Program-made: the position numbers and the translations under genes
The notes under the pieces: model-generated
What the model was told of the DNA's origin: nothing
The model's database searches: none
Seen by the model: the letters and a program-made list of their open reading frames with translations, nothing else
Part shown: positions 8,742 through 16,803 of the stretch, piece by piece
Layout of the letters: the number at the start of each line of letters is the position of its first letter
Position numbering within the stretch: the first letter of the stretch is position 1
From: a virus
Taxonomy: Duplodnaviria; Caudoviricetes
Strand: one strand, 5' to 3'
Length of the DNA: 24,337 bases
Virus record (IMG/VR): IMGVR_UViG_3300044580_000186
Location: 1 to 24,337 of that record

Positions 8742-9365
8742 ATGACTTTCAAGAAGTTGAAGCGAGTGCTTGATCGCGAAGGTTTGGTTGAGGCTGATTG
8801 GCATCGACATCCAAACGGAGGAGGATGGGTACAGAACACAGCGACAGTCGCGGACACAGCATTCATCGGGCCTAACGCGGTGGTGTATGGTATGGCTAGA
8901 GTTCTCGACGAGGCCAGGATAACCTGTAGAGCTCGTGTGTTTGATCATGCTCGCGTATATGGGAAAGCGTGTGTATCTGGAGATGCTTGCATCTCTGGAA
9001 AAGCGTGTGTGTATGATTCTGCTCGTGTGTGCGATGACGCTAAGGTTCGTGAGAATGCTTGCGTGTTTCGAGGCGCTTGTGTGTCTGGTTATAGCGTCGT
9101 AGAAGGTGACGCTCAAGTGTTTGGCAGAGCTCAGATATTCAACAGTGCTCGTGTATTTGACCACGCACGTGTGTATGACGATGCTTGTGTGTACAACAGT
9201 GCTGAAGTGTCTGGTCGTGCTTGCGTATTTGGTCATGCTCACGTGTATCGGGAAGCTCATGTGAGTGGTTCTGCTCTGGTGTATGAGTATGCTCGAATCT
9301 TTGGATTCATCCAGGTATCTGGTGAAACTCAGATACACGGTAATGGTCAGATGTGCGGGTTGTAA
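8742..9365 (+). CDS. Hexapeptide-repeat (left-handed beta-helix-like) protein
   Basis: WHRHPNGGGWV N-terminus followed by more than 20 A-x-V-x-[GDN]-x units (ARVFDH, ACVSGD…); RBS AAGGA. Confidence 0.85.
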   Translation: MTFKKLKRVLDREGLVEADWHRHPNGGGWVQNTATVADTAFIGPNAVVYGMARVLDEARITCRARVFDHARVYGKACVSGDACISGKACVYDSARVCDDAKVRENACVFRGACVSGYSVVEGDAQVFGRAQIFNSARVFDHARVYDDACVYNSAEVSGRACVFGHAHVYREAHVSGSALVYEYARIFGFIQVSGETQIHGNGQMCGL

Positions 9366-9416
9366 TTATCTAGTAGTATTCAAACACATGAGAATGCTGA
9401 GACGTGTTTTGGAACG

Positions 9417-9686
9417 ATGATGAGGAGGAGGCGATACATGGTGGTTGTGCGCATCGTACTCGATGGTCAAACTGTCCGCCTAGTGCAGACGGCAGACCGA
9501 ACGTTGTATGAGGCAGAAGATGGGCTCGTGGTCGAGCCTTGTAATCCGTCCCGCCAAGGGACAACATCCTTCTGCTGCAAGCTTCAGGAGTACTGGGTAG
9601 GGCTTGGTGGTGCTCATGAGGTTTGGGATGCTTCCCATGAGGAGATGAAGGACCGAATAGGGCTAGGTGTATGCAGTGATAATTAA
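9417..9686 (+). CDS. Hypothetical protein
   Basis: Likely start ATG 9438 after GGAGG. Confidence 0.55.
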   Translation: MMRRRRYMVVVRIVLDGQTVRLVQTADRTLYEAEDGLVVEPCNPSRQGTTSFCCKLQEYWVGLGGAHEVWDASHEEMKDRIGLGVCSDN

Positions 9687-9721
9687 TTAGTATAGGGAGA
9701 CACTATTCAGAGGAGACAAGT

Positions 9722-9865
9722 ATGTGGATTTCTTCCATTGAATTTCTCAGACCTATCTTCATTGTTTTACTCAGTGTATGTGGTTTGAAGCATTTGATTG
9801 GCTTTCACTGGCTGTGGGAGAGATGTCCATGTTGTAGGAGGAAATGGGGAGAACATTCTATATGA
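9722..9865 (+). CDS. 47-aa membrane-associated protein with CPCC, not in ORF track (MWISSIEFLRPIFIVLLSVCGLKHLIGFHWLWERCPCCRRKWGEHSI)
   Basis: RBS GAGGAG; stop forms an ATGA overlap with the next gene. Confidence 0.65.
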   Translation: MWISSIEFLRPIFIVLLSVCGLKHLIGFHWLWERCPCCRRKWGEHSI

Positions 9866-10140
9866 ACTACATCGAAGTAGAAGGGAAGCAATTTCTGATA
9901 AGTCATGTTTCTGTATTCAGAGGATATGGTCCGGATAGAGTAAATCTCACGATATCAGGATTGGCTTCTGAGGTTCTTCACGACTCTCCAGAAATTATGA
10001 AGTACTACGGAGGCGACGTTGTTTTTACGGCGAAGATTGCAGAAGGATACGGAGAGCGGTTGGTTGAGTGTCTAGGGTTGAAGGTTGACGATGTAGTTAA
10101 CGTTGAAAGGCCTGCTGGAGAGGTGGAGAGTGTTAGATGA
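9862..10140 (+). CDS. Hypothetical protein
   Basis: ATGA-coupled start in frame with track ORF 9844..10140. Confidence 0.7.
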   Translation: MNYIEVEGKQFLISHVSVFRGYGPDRVNLTISGLASEVLHDSPEIMKYYGGDVVFTAKIAEGYGERLVECLGLKVDDVVNVERPAGEVESVR

Positions 10141-10405
10141 GGAAACTAAGACAATTCTGTATCTCCGATTTCTCAGCCGATTGAGACGGCTTACGAAACC
10201 TCCAACTCTTCAGCAACTAGATGTGTTGATTGAGGATGCGAGAGATTTGTTGGAGGGGAGATTGGTTCGAACGCTGTACGCCAGAAGAGTGAATGCTCCT
10301 AGATCTCTTGTTCAACAAGAAGTAAAACTTCTCTACAAGGCAGATCAGAGGTTGAAAAGGTTAGAAAGGAGAAGAAATCTGATGGGAGAGAGGAAGTCAG
10401 GATGA
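10130..10405 (+). CDS. Basic helical hypothetical protein
   Basis: GTG 10130 after GAGGTGG, in frame with track ORF 10103..10405. Confidence 0.65.
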   Translation: MLDEETKTILYLRFLSRLRRLTKPPTLQQLDVLIEDARDLLEGRLVRTLYARRVNAPRSLVQQEVKLLYKADQRLKRLERRRNLMGERKSG

Positions 10406-10460
10406 CTTCTAAGGAACTGCTGAAGTACTTAGCGATGTTGTTGTGTGTGATGTTAGTTTT

Positions 10461-10482
10461 CTCAAGTGAGTAGATATAATGT
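10461..10482 (+). promoter_or_regulatory. Recurring promoter-like motif (CTCAAGTGAGTAGATATAATGT)
   Basis: Near-identical to 8188-8209; followed by RBS GGAGG and ATG 10498. Confidence 0.75.
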
Positions 10483-10579
10483 GATGTGGAGGAAAATATG
10501 GAACGCGCGATTATCGATTGCGAACGGCAGAATCTGTCACCTTTTGATTCACAGAGAGTAGTAGATGTCTAAGAACATC

Positions 10580-10885
10580 TCTTGTTTTTCTATCTGTTAA
10601 GTAGTTAGATTCTTGCGGAGAATTCTAGTGAACCTTATCCAAGTGATCGAGATTCTGGCAGCGAAGTACTACTCGGTGCGTATAGTAGGAAGCCAGGGGA
10701 AATGGATGCTCCAAGTTGAGGAGAAGAAGTGGGGAACTTCGCACACCTTCGTGCACAGCTCTATCCAGGATGTTGTCTATCAGGCGAAGGAGAAGTTGCT
10801 ATCAGATCTTGTTTTTCTATCTGTTACGTAGTTAGATTCTTGCGGAGAACTCTAGTGAACCTTATCCAAGTGATCGAGATTCTGG
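10580..10885 (+). repeat. 79-bp direct repeat pair (10580-10658 and 10807-10885), two mismatches
   Basis: TCTTGTTTTTCTATCTGTTA[A/C]GTAGTTAGATTCTTGCGGAGAA[T/C]TCTAGTGAACCTTATCCAAGTGATCGAGATTCTGG. Confidence 0.95.
10613..10831 (+). CDS. Hypothetical protein or gene remnant spanning the repeat unit
   Basis: TTG start without a clear RBS; in frame with ATG 10565 but interrupted by TAA at 10598. Confidence 0.45.
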   Translation: MRRILVNLIQVIEILAAKYYSVRIVGSQGKWMLQVEEKKWGTSHTFVHSSIQDVVYQAKEKLLSDLVFLSVT

Positions 10886-10940
10886 AGATTCGGATCGGGA
10901 TCTAGACAGGAGTGGTTCTCATTCGTAGTATTGTGTAACA

Positions 10941-11435
10941 ATGGAGAGATCTAGAGGTCTATACGGAAAGCGTGTTCCAACAATTGATGATCTGAATCTT
11001 CGAACTGTAATCAGATTCTGGGGAATCAACGGCCAGTACGGACCGTTGAGTAACTTCTATCCAGTGAAAATCCACGTTGACGGAAAGGATTGGCCGTCTG
11101 TAGAACATTACTATCAAGCACAGAAGTCAACAGATGAAGCAATTCAAGAGTTTATCCGTCAAGCGAAAACTCCTGTAGAAGCGAAGAGGATTGGTCTATT
11201 TGGAATCAGGCTCCGAGATGACTGGGATAGTATTCGAGAAGACGTTATGAGAAAGGCTCTCGAGGCGAAATTCACCCGGAATAGGAGATGTCGAAGGGTT
11301 TTGATTTCAACGGGTCAGGCTGTCTTGTTTGAAGATGATTCAGTACCAACGTTCTGGTCCGGTCGAGGGCAGAACAAGCTTGGATTGCTTCTCATGGACA
11401 TTCGAGAAAATATCAAGAAGGCGAGAGGATACTAA
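10941..11435 (+). CDS. NADAR family protein (YbiA-like; ADP-ribose/N-glycosidic hydrolase)
   Basis: LSNFYP, WPSVEHYYQAQK, R-x-DWD, AKF, FW and GQNKLGLLLMDIR motifs. Confidence 0.92.
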   Translation: MERSRGLYGKRVPTIDDLNLRTVIRFWGINGQYGPLSNFYPVKIHVDGKDWPSVEHYYQAQKSTDEAIQEFIRQAKTPVEAKRIGLFGIRLRDDWDSIREDVMRKALEAKFTRNRRCRRVLISTGQAVLFEDDSVPTFWSGRGQNKLGLLLMDIRENIKKARGY

Positions 11436-11448
11436 CAAGAGGTAGGAA

Positions 11449-12750
11449 GTGATCAAGCGAGTTATTATCCAGAATTTTCAATCTCATAGAGATACTACTA
11501 TTGACTTCAGTGACAAGGATACGGTGATTGTTGGTTCTAGTGATTCCGGAAAGAGCGCGATTCTGAGAGCTATAGAATGGGTTAGAACTAATCGACCTCT
11601 TGGTACATCATTTATTCGAAATGGAGCTAACTCTCCTTGCCGTGTTGAGTTGATTGTGGATAGAGACGGAGAGGAGGTTTCTATCGTCCATGAGAAAACG
11701 ACGAAAAGAAATTCTTACTATGTCAACGGCCAGGAGTTTACTGCGGTTGGATCTGACGTTCCCAGAGAAGTGGTTGAGTTGCTTGGGATAGCGGACATCA
11801 ACGTTCAGCATCAGCTTGATCAGCACTTCTTGGTTCTTGATTCTCCAGGAAGAGTTGCTTCTTACATCAATTCAATCACAAAACTAGAAGATGCTAGCGA
11901 AGTTCAGGCTAGGATCGTTTCTGAGTTGAGGGAGCTTACGAAAGAGATTGAGGAGAAGAAGGGCGAAATTGCTCGACTAGAAGAGGAGGAGAAGAAACCT
12001 ATCTTCCAGGCTCTCGATGATTTCTCTTTCCTCATCGATAGAGGGGATGAGTTGTTGAAGGAGAAGGAGGAATCACAGGAGAAGAAAGAAAGGATTCAGA
12101 AGTGTATTCAGGACCTCCAGTTTGTTGAGAGTTCTCTGTTTCAGATCAACAGAAAGGTGGAGCTGCTCTCTTCAGTTGAAACTCTTTCGAGTCGATTTAC
12201 TGAGATTCGAGAGAGTCATCAAGAAAGGTGTAGAAAACTAAGCCGCCTAAAGGTTTTGAGCTCCGGTCTGAGTGAGTGTGTTGATGCTCTTGTTTGCGTG
12301 TGTCGAGATTTGGATCGTAGCAGGGCTATTGAATCGATATGCAGTCCTATCTTAGTTGTCTCTGGAGATCTCTCTAGCGTTGAGAAGTTGCGGCAGAGGC
12401 TAGAATCTCTCGTTAGGCAGTTGAAGGATTCTCTTGATGCTCTTTCTTCTACCGAGCGCAGTATTCGGCAGAAGGAGATGTTAATTAGTTCTCTTTCTTC
12501 TCTAGGGAAGATCAGAGATGATTACAGTGAGGTCACCAAGAAGAATCGAAGTCTATCTAGATTGGTGATGTCGATCAGAGAGAGTCAATCTAGTCTCTGT
12601 GAGTGTGAGAAGTCACTTGATCACTTAAGAAGTCAGCGGAAAGATTTTCTGGAGCAGATTGAAGTTTGTCCTCTCTGCAACGCCGTTCTTGATGACGATC
12701 GTAAGAATCATGTGATGAGGTGTTTAGATGAAGATTCTTCTCTTAGGTGA
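11449..12750 (+). CDS. Rad50/SbcC-like protein, N-terminal half (Walker A, Q-loop, coiled coil, zinc hook)
   Basis: IQNFQSH, GSSDSGKS, QHQLDQ, long heptad region, CPLC near the C-terminus; no Walker B. Confidence 0.9.
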   Translation: MIKRVIIQNFQSHRDTTIDFSDKDTVIVGSSDSGKSAILRAIEWVRTNRPLGTSFIRNGANSPCRVELIVDRDGEEVSIVHEKTTKRNSYYVNGQEFTAVGSDVPREVVELLGIADINVQHQLDQHFLVLDSPGRVASYINSITKLEDASEVQARIVSELRELTKEIEEKKGEIARLEEEEKKPIFQALDDFSFLIDRGDELLKEKEESQEKKERIQKCIQDLQFVESSLFQINRKVELLSSVETLSSRFTEIRESHQERCRKLSRLKVLSSGLSECVDALVCVCRDLDRSRAIESICSPILVVSGDLSSVEKLRQRLESLVRQLKDSLDALSSTERSIRQKEMLISSLSSLGKIRDDYSEVTKKNRSLSRLVMSIRESQSSLCECEKSLDHLRSQRKDFLEQIEVCPLCNAVLDDDRKNHVMRCLDEDSSLR

Positions 12751-13633
12751 TCTTCACCTTCGTTATCGAGGACCTGTGAGTCGCAAAGATGATTTCTTTC
12801 AGACTCAGTTTCGTAAGTTTGTTGAAGTGCTCGAAGTTTATCACGATAAGAAGTGCTCTGCACTACTTCAGGCCGGTGATTTCTTCGATTCGCCCAGGCC
12901 TCCAAACTTCCTGATGGCGAGATATATTGATCTACTCAAGAAGAGAGGTGTTGTTCCGTGGTGTGTTCTTGGCCAACACGATGTGTCAATGCATAACCTC
13001 GAGAGTGTCGAGAGAAGTGCTGTTAACGTGTTCAGTGCCTCTGGAGTGTATGAAGGATTGGGGCACAAACCTAGAGAGCTTGGGGACATCCTTGTCTATG
13101 GAGCTTCTTGGGGACAGGATATTCCTACTCCTGAGCGAAACTCGAGAGCGATCCTCGTTATTCATGCTATGATTGGTGATCGTCCCCTCTATCCAGGACA
13201 TGAACCTATTCGGCCGAAATCGTTCTGCCACAATCACAGTGGGTATGAGTTGATCTTATGTGGTGATTATCACTATCCGTTTACTTCTACAGAAGACGGT
13301 AGGACTATCACTAACTGTGGAGCTCTTGTTCGGTTGAATACAAGAGATCGCGATTTGAGGCCTCAAGTCCAAGTTTACGATACAAACACTAAATCTCTCG
13401 AGGTGATTGAGATTAGCTATCAACCTAGTGAGGAGGTCTTTACTGTTTCTGAAGAAAATCCGACTGATTGCAACGAATCTGTTGTTGCATTTGTAGAACG
13501 TTTAAGGGCAGAAGGGCAGATGAGTGTCAGTTTTCGAGACAATCTCGTTAGGTTCTTCGAAACACATCAAACTCCGATTGGAGTTCGGAGTGAGATCTAT
13601 CGTATCCTAAGTGAGGTAGAGGAGAGAGAGTGA
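12728..13633 (+). CDS. Mre11/SbcD-like metallophosphoesterase nuclease
   Basis: GDLH, AGDFFD, GQHD, IH, GDYH and NCGA motifs. Confidence 0.9.
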   Translation: MKILLLGDLHLRYRGPVSRKDDFFQTQFRKFVEVLEVYHDKKCSALLQAGDFFDSPRPPNFLMARYIDLLKKRGVVPWCVLGQHDVSMHNLESVERSAVNVFSASGVYEGLGHKPRELGDILVYGASWGQDIPTPERNSRAILVIHAMIGDRPLYPGHEPIRPKSFCHNHSGYELILCGDYHYPFTSTEDGRTITNCGALVRLNTRDRDLRPQVQVYDTNTKSLEVIEISYQPSEEVFTVSEENPTDCNESVVAFVERLRAEGQMSVSFRDNLVRFFETHQTPIGVRSEIYRILSEVEERE

Positions 13634-13690
13634 TTGAGATGTTCGTTGATTTTGACGAAGATTGGGTCCAAATGTTGGTGAGGTGAGTGA

Positions 13691-13957
13691 GTGAACACTT
13701 CGGAAAAGATCGAAGCTCTATCTAAGAAGTTGAAGGAGGCGTCTGAGGAGATCAAACGTCTCGAGACAAAAAAGGCTGTTCTCGAGAATAACAGAGACAA
13801 CTACATCAAGCAGCTCGAAACTGAGTTTGGTGTATCGACTGTCGAGGCTGCTGAGAAGTTGATTGCCGAGTACGAAGAAGTAATCAAGCAGCTCGAAAAT
13901 CAAGTAGCTGAGATTGAGGCATCCCTCGATCAGGTGATGGAAAGTGCTAAGTCCTAA
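13691..13957 (+). CDS. 88-aa coiled-coil protein in the SbcCD module
   Basis: Two heptad helices separated by FGVST; GTG start after GAGGTGA. Confidence 0.8.
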   Translation: MNTSEKIEALSKKLKEASEEIKRLETKKAVLENNRDNYIKQLETEFGVSTVEAAEKLIAEYEEVIKQLENQVAEIEASLDQVMESAKS

Positions 13958-14552
13958 GTATCGAGATTTTCTGAGTTACAATCGAGCGGTTCTTCAAACA
14001 ATCAGGGAGAATCGAACAAAGGTTCTCGGTAGGTTAGTGGATCTTGAGAAGAAGAAATCCAATCTTGATCAGGCGAGAGACATCGTCAATGCCGTGATCA
14101 TCAGTACTTTGGAGGAAGTTCGGGTTTTTATCGAGGAAGCTGTTACCCTTTGTCTCGAGACTGTCTACGGATCTGAGTATTCGTTTTCTCTTGAGTATGA
14201 AGTAAAGCGAGGGAAGAGTGAGGCTCGAGTAGCAATTGTCAAATCAGGAGAAAAACTCAATCCACGAGACGAGGTTGGAGGAGGAGTAATCGACGTGGCT
14301 TCTATTGGATTGAGATTTGCTGGATGGATCCTTCAGGCGAATAGAAGTCGTCCAATCTTTCTCTTCGACGAGCCATTCAGGTTCGTATCTCGAGATTTGA
14401 CTTCTAGAGTTGTTGAGATGCTTCACAAGATTTGTGAAGCCTTCAACGCTCAGATCATCATGGTGTCTCATAACGATGAGTTGATTGAAGGAGCAACTAG
14501 AACACTATCTGTTCAGTTTCGACCTGAAGGGAGTGTAGTCTCTCAAGCATGA
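13944..14552 (+). CDS. Rad50/SbcC-like protein, C-terminal ABC-ATPase half
   Basis: Signature-like EVGGG, Walker B/D-loop FLFDEPF, H-loop MVSH; no Walker A. Confidence 0.88.
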   Translation: MLSPKYRDFLSYNRAVLQTIRENRTKVLGRLVDLEKKKSNLDQARDIVNAVIISTLEEVRVFIEEAVTLCLETVYGSEYSFSLEYEVKRGKSEARVAIVKSGEKLNPRDEVGGGVIDVASIGLRFAGWILQANRSRPIFLFDEPFRFVSRDLTSRVVEMLHKICEAFNAQIIMVSHNDELIEGATRTLSVQFRPEGSVVSQA

Positions 14553-15241
14553 TAATCAGGCCTGCTCTTGCTTCTGATGTTTCTGGGATTAAGAGGATTT
14601 TTAACCATCCTGATGTTGTTGGAAAGTTAGGTGCGTTTTCTTCTACTGATTCTATTCGGTCTCGAATTAGTACTAAGAGGCCTTCTATGTTCGTTGCTGT
14701 GGAGGAGAACTCAATCATTGGTGCCTGTGAAATCTCTTCGAGACCTCAACCTCATATCATGAGGTTTGGCCGCGTGGCTGTTGATGGTGATAACTGGCTG
14801 AGGCGCAGGGTTGGATCGGCTCTCTATGTCACAGTAGTCTTCCAAGGACTACTCGAAGGGAGAAGACTCTTCTACGATGGGTGCGTTGAAGATAACAAAC
14901 CTCATCATCAGTTTCTTCTCTCTCTAGGTTTCGAGATTTGTGGATTCTATTACCAGAGAACTTCTACTGGAAAGTCGATCTTCGAGTTTGTATTTTATCC
15001 TGAGAGGAGTTTTGATCATTTGATTACTCGTCTTCTTCCATCTCTACAGTATCGAGGGCAAATCTACACTAGTTCAGTTGTTGAGAAGAACAGATCGAGA
15101 TCGCTCTCTAAAGTTAGAGAGCATCTTCCTGAGATATTTCATTTCATGGTATCCGTCCCTCTTAGGTTCAGAGAAGCGGATGTTCAGATATCGTGTGTAG
15201 ATGGCTCGACTGTTAAGCAGAATACGTTTGAGGTGATGTGA
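14549..15241 (+). CDS. GNAT-family acetyltransferase with C-terminal extension
   Basis: IIRPA…D N-terminus, VAV…RRRVGSAL acetyl-CoA motif A, N…FLLSLGF motif; ATGA overlap. Confidence 0.8.
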   Translation: MIIRPALASDVSGIKRIFNHPDVVGKLGAFSSTDSIRSRISTKRPSMFVAVEENSIIGACEISSRPQPHIMRFGRVAVDGDNWLRRRVGSALYVTVVFQGLLEGRRLFYDGCVEDNKPHHQFLLSLGFEICGFYYQRTSTGKSIFEFVFYPERSFDHLITRLLPSLQYRGQIYTSSVVEKNRSRSLSKVREHLPEIFHFMVSVPLRFREADVQISCVDGSTVKQNTFEVM

Positions 15242-15780
15242 TGCCGAAGATGCACAGACCTTGTTCTAATGAAGAAGAAGAGTTCATTCGACAGGTTCTT
15301 GGAAAATATCATCAGAGGCTTGTTTGTGCAGAGGTTAAGGTTGGTGTTTTCTTTACTCGAGCTTCTCGAAATTCCTTCGGAGAGATTGAGAGTCCTGCTA
15401 TTATCTGTCGCGGATCACCTGCTTACGCGGTGACTCGGCTGACTTCTCCTAAAGAGAGAGTTTTTGTTCCATATGATGCTATCATAGAAATCGATGAAGA
15501 TCAGTGGAGTGACTATTTGAGCGAGGAGCAAAGAGTTGCCCTTGTTGATCATGAGTTAACTCATCTAGAAATCATTCGCAAAAATGGTGAGATTGAGTTG
15601 TGTTCTGATTCTCGACCCAAGCTCAGGTTGCAGAACCACGATTGGCAATCAACAGGATTTCTTGAAGTTCTGAGTCGTCACAGAGAGAATTCTCTGGAGC
15701 TTCAAGATTTGAACAATGTTCTAGATGCGGTGAGTGCTTGCGTAGAAGAAGGAGAGACAAGTGAACAATCTACGTCCTGA
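15238..15780 (+). CDS. Putative phage metallopeptidase (HExxH)
   Basis: YDAIIEI…W…ALVDHELTH…L..HD…F..V..RH pattern. Confidence 0.8.
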   Translation: MMPKMHRPCSNEEEEFIRQVLGKYHQRLVCAEVKVGVFFTRASRNSFGEIESPAIICRGSPAYAVTRLTSPKERVFVPYDAIIEIDEDQWSDYLSEEQRVALVDHELTHLEIIRKNGEIELCSDSRPKLRLQNHDWQSTGFLEVLSRHRENSLELQDLNNVLDAVSACVEEGETSEQSTS

Positions 15781-16774
15781 AGAAGCCAAGACTCTCTTTG
15801 CTCATCTCGTTATCTCAGGAGGAGCCCCTTCTGAAGATCTTTCTGCATTTATCCACAAGTGTTGTAATGGTTCAACCTCTCAGTATATGTGTCTGCCGAA
15901 ACTGGGAACTGCTGTTTTCTCTCGAGTAGGTCGAGAAGTTAAAGTTGAGTGTGATTCGACAGAAGATACTGCCCTTAAAGAGCGGTGTCGAGCTCTCACG
16001 GAGGAGATGAGTAGGTTTCTAGATGAAAGTGATAAGAGAGAGCTCATTGTAGAGACAGTTTCTCTTGTTAGTCCTTCGTTTGAAATCATGACTCCTTCTG
16101 ATTGGATGAGATGTTTTCCTGTGTCCTTAGAGGTTGCGGGAAGAGTCTGCTACAAGAGTGAAGAGAGGATAACTAGCCAATCTGCTGATGAATTCGTTCG
16201 GAGGATTATTAAGCGAGGACATGAATCGGTGTTAGAACACTGTTCAGTTACAGTTAAGATTATCTGTGACCGATCGTGTAGTCATCAATTAGTGAGACAT
16301 CGGATTGCAAGTTATTTACAGGAATCTCAACGATTCTGTGATTACTCAAGCAAAGGATTTCAGATTATCTGTCCTCCTTCTATCTCGAACAGCTCTGGTT
16401 GTGTGTTTGGATTTTTGATAGTTCAAGAGAACAACTTGCTCAAAGGAGATCTGTATCAGATTTGTGGGCAAACTGTAGAACCTTTTGTTCCTCAGCCCTT
16501 CCTTCTAGAGTGGATTAGAAGGAGATTTCTGGATTATTCTGAGTATGTTGAGCTTCGAAAGAGAGGAATTCCTCCAGAGGATGCGAGAAGCGTTCTTCCT
16601 AACTGTACGAAGACAGAGATTGTTGCTACCTTCAACTTGAGGCAGTGGAGGCATGTTTTTAAGGAGAGAGCGTTGAATAAACATTCTCAGTGGCAGATTC
16701 GAATGATTTTTTCTTCGATTCTAGAGGAGTTTTCTAAACTTCTTCCGTGTGTGTTTGAAAATCTGGTATACTAA
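15761..16774 (+). CDS. thyX: FAD-dependent thymidylate synthase with ~95-aa N-terminal extension
   Basis: AGRVCYKS, GHESVLEH, SHQLVRHRIASYLQESQRF, PEDARSVLP, NLRQWRH and QWQIR. Confidence 0.93.
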   Translation: MNNLRPEEAKTLFAHLVISGGAPSEDLSAFIHKCCNGSTSQYMCLPKLGTAVFSRVGREVKVECDSTEDTALKERCRALTEEMSRFLDESDKRELIVETVSLVSPSFEIMTPSDWMRCFPVSLEVAGRVCYKSEERITSQSADEFVRRIIKRGHESVLEHCSVTVKIICDRSCSHQLVRHRIASYLQESQRFCDYSSKGFQIICPPSISNSSGCVFGFLIVQENNLLKGDLYQICGQTVEPFVPQPFLLEWIRRRFLDYSEYVELRKRGIPPEDARSVLPNCTKTEIVATFNLRQWRHVFKERALNKHSQWQIRMIFSSILEEFSKLLPCVFENLVY

Positions 16775-16803
16775 AGTAGGTACACTAGATAGGAGGTTCT
16801 GCA

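Noticed and set aside
10580-10885. CRISPR array or att sites
   Set aside because: Only two 79-bp copies with a 148-bp spacer; no cas or integrase gene in the window.
13630-13686. 18-aa GTGA-coupled mini-ORF between Mre11 and the coiled-coil gene
   Set aside because: Too short to support; could be a coupling spacer or chance.
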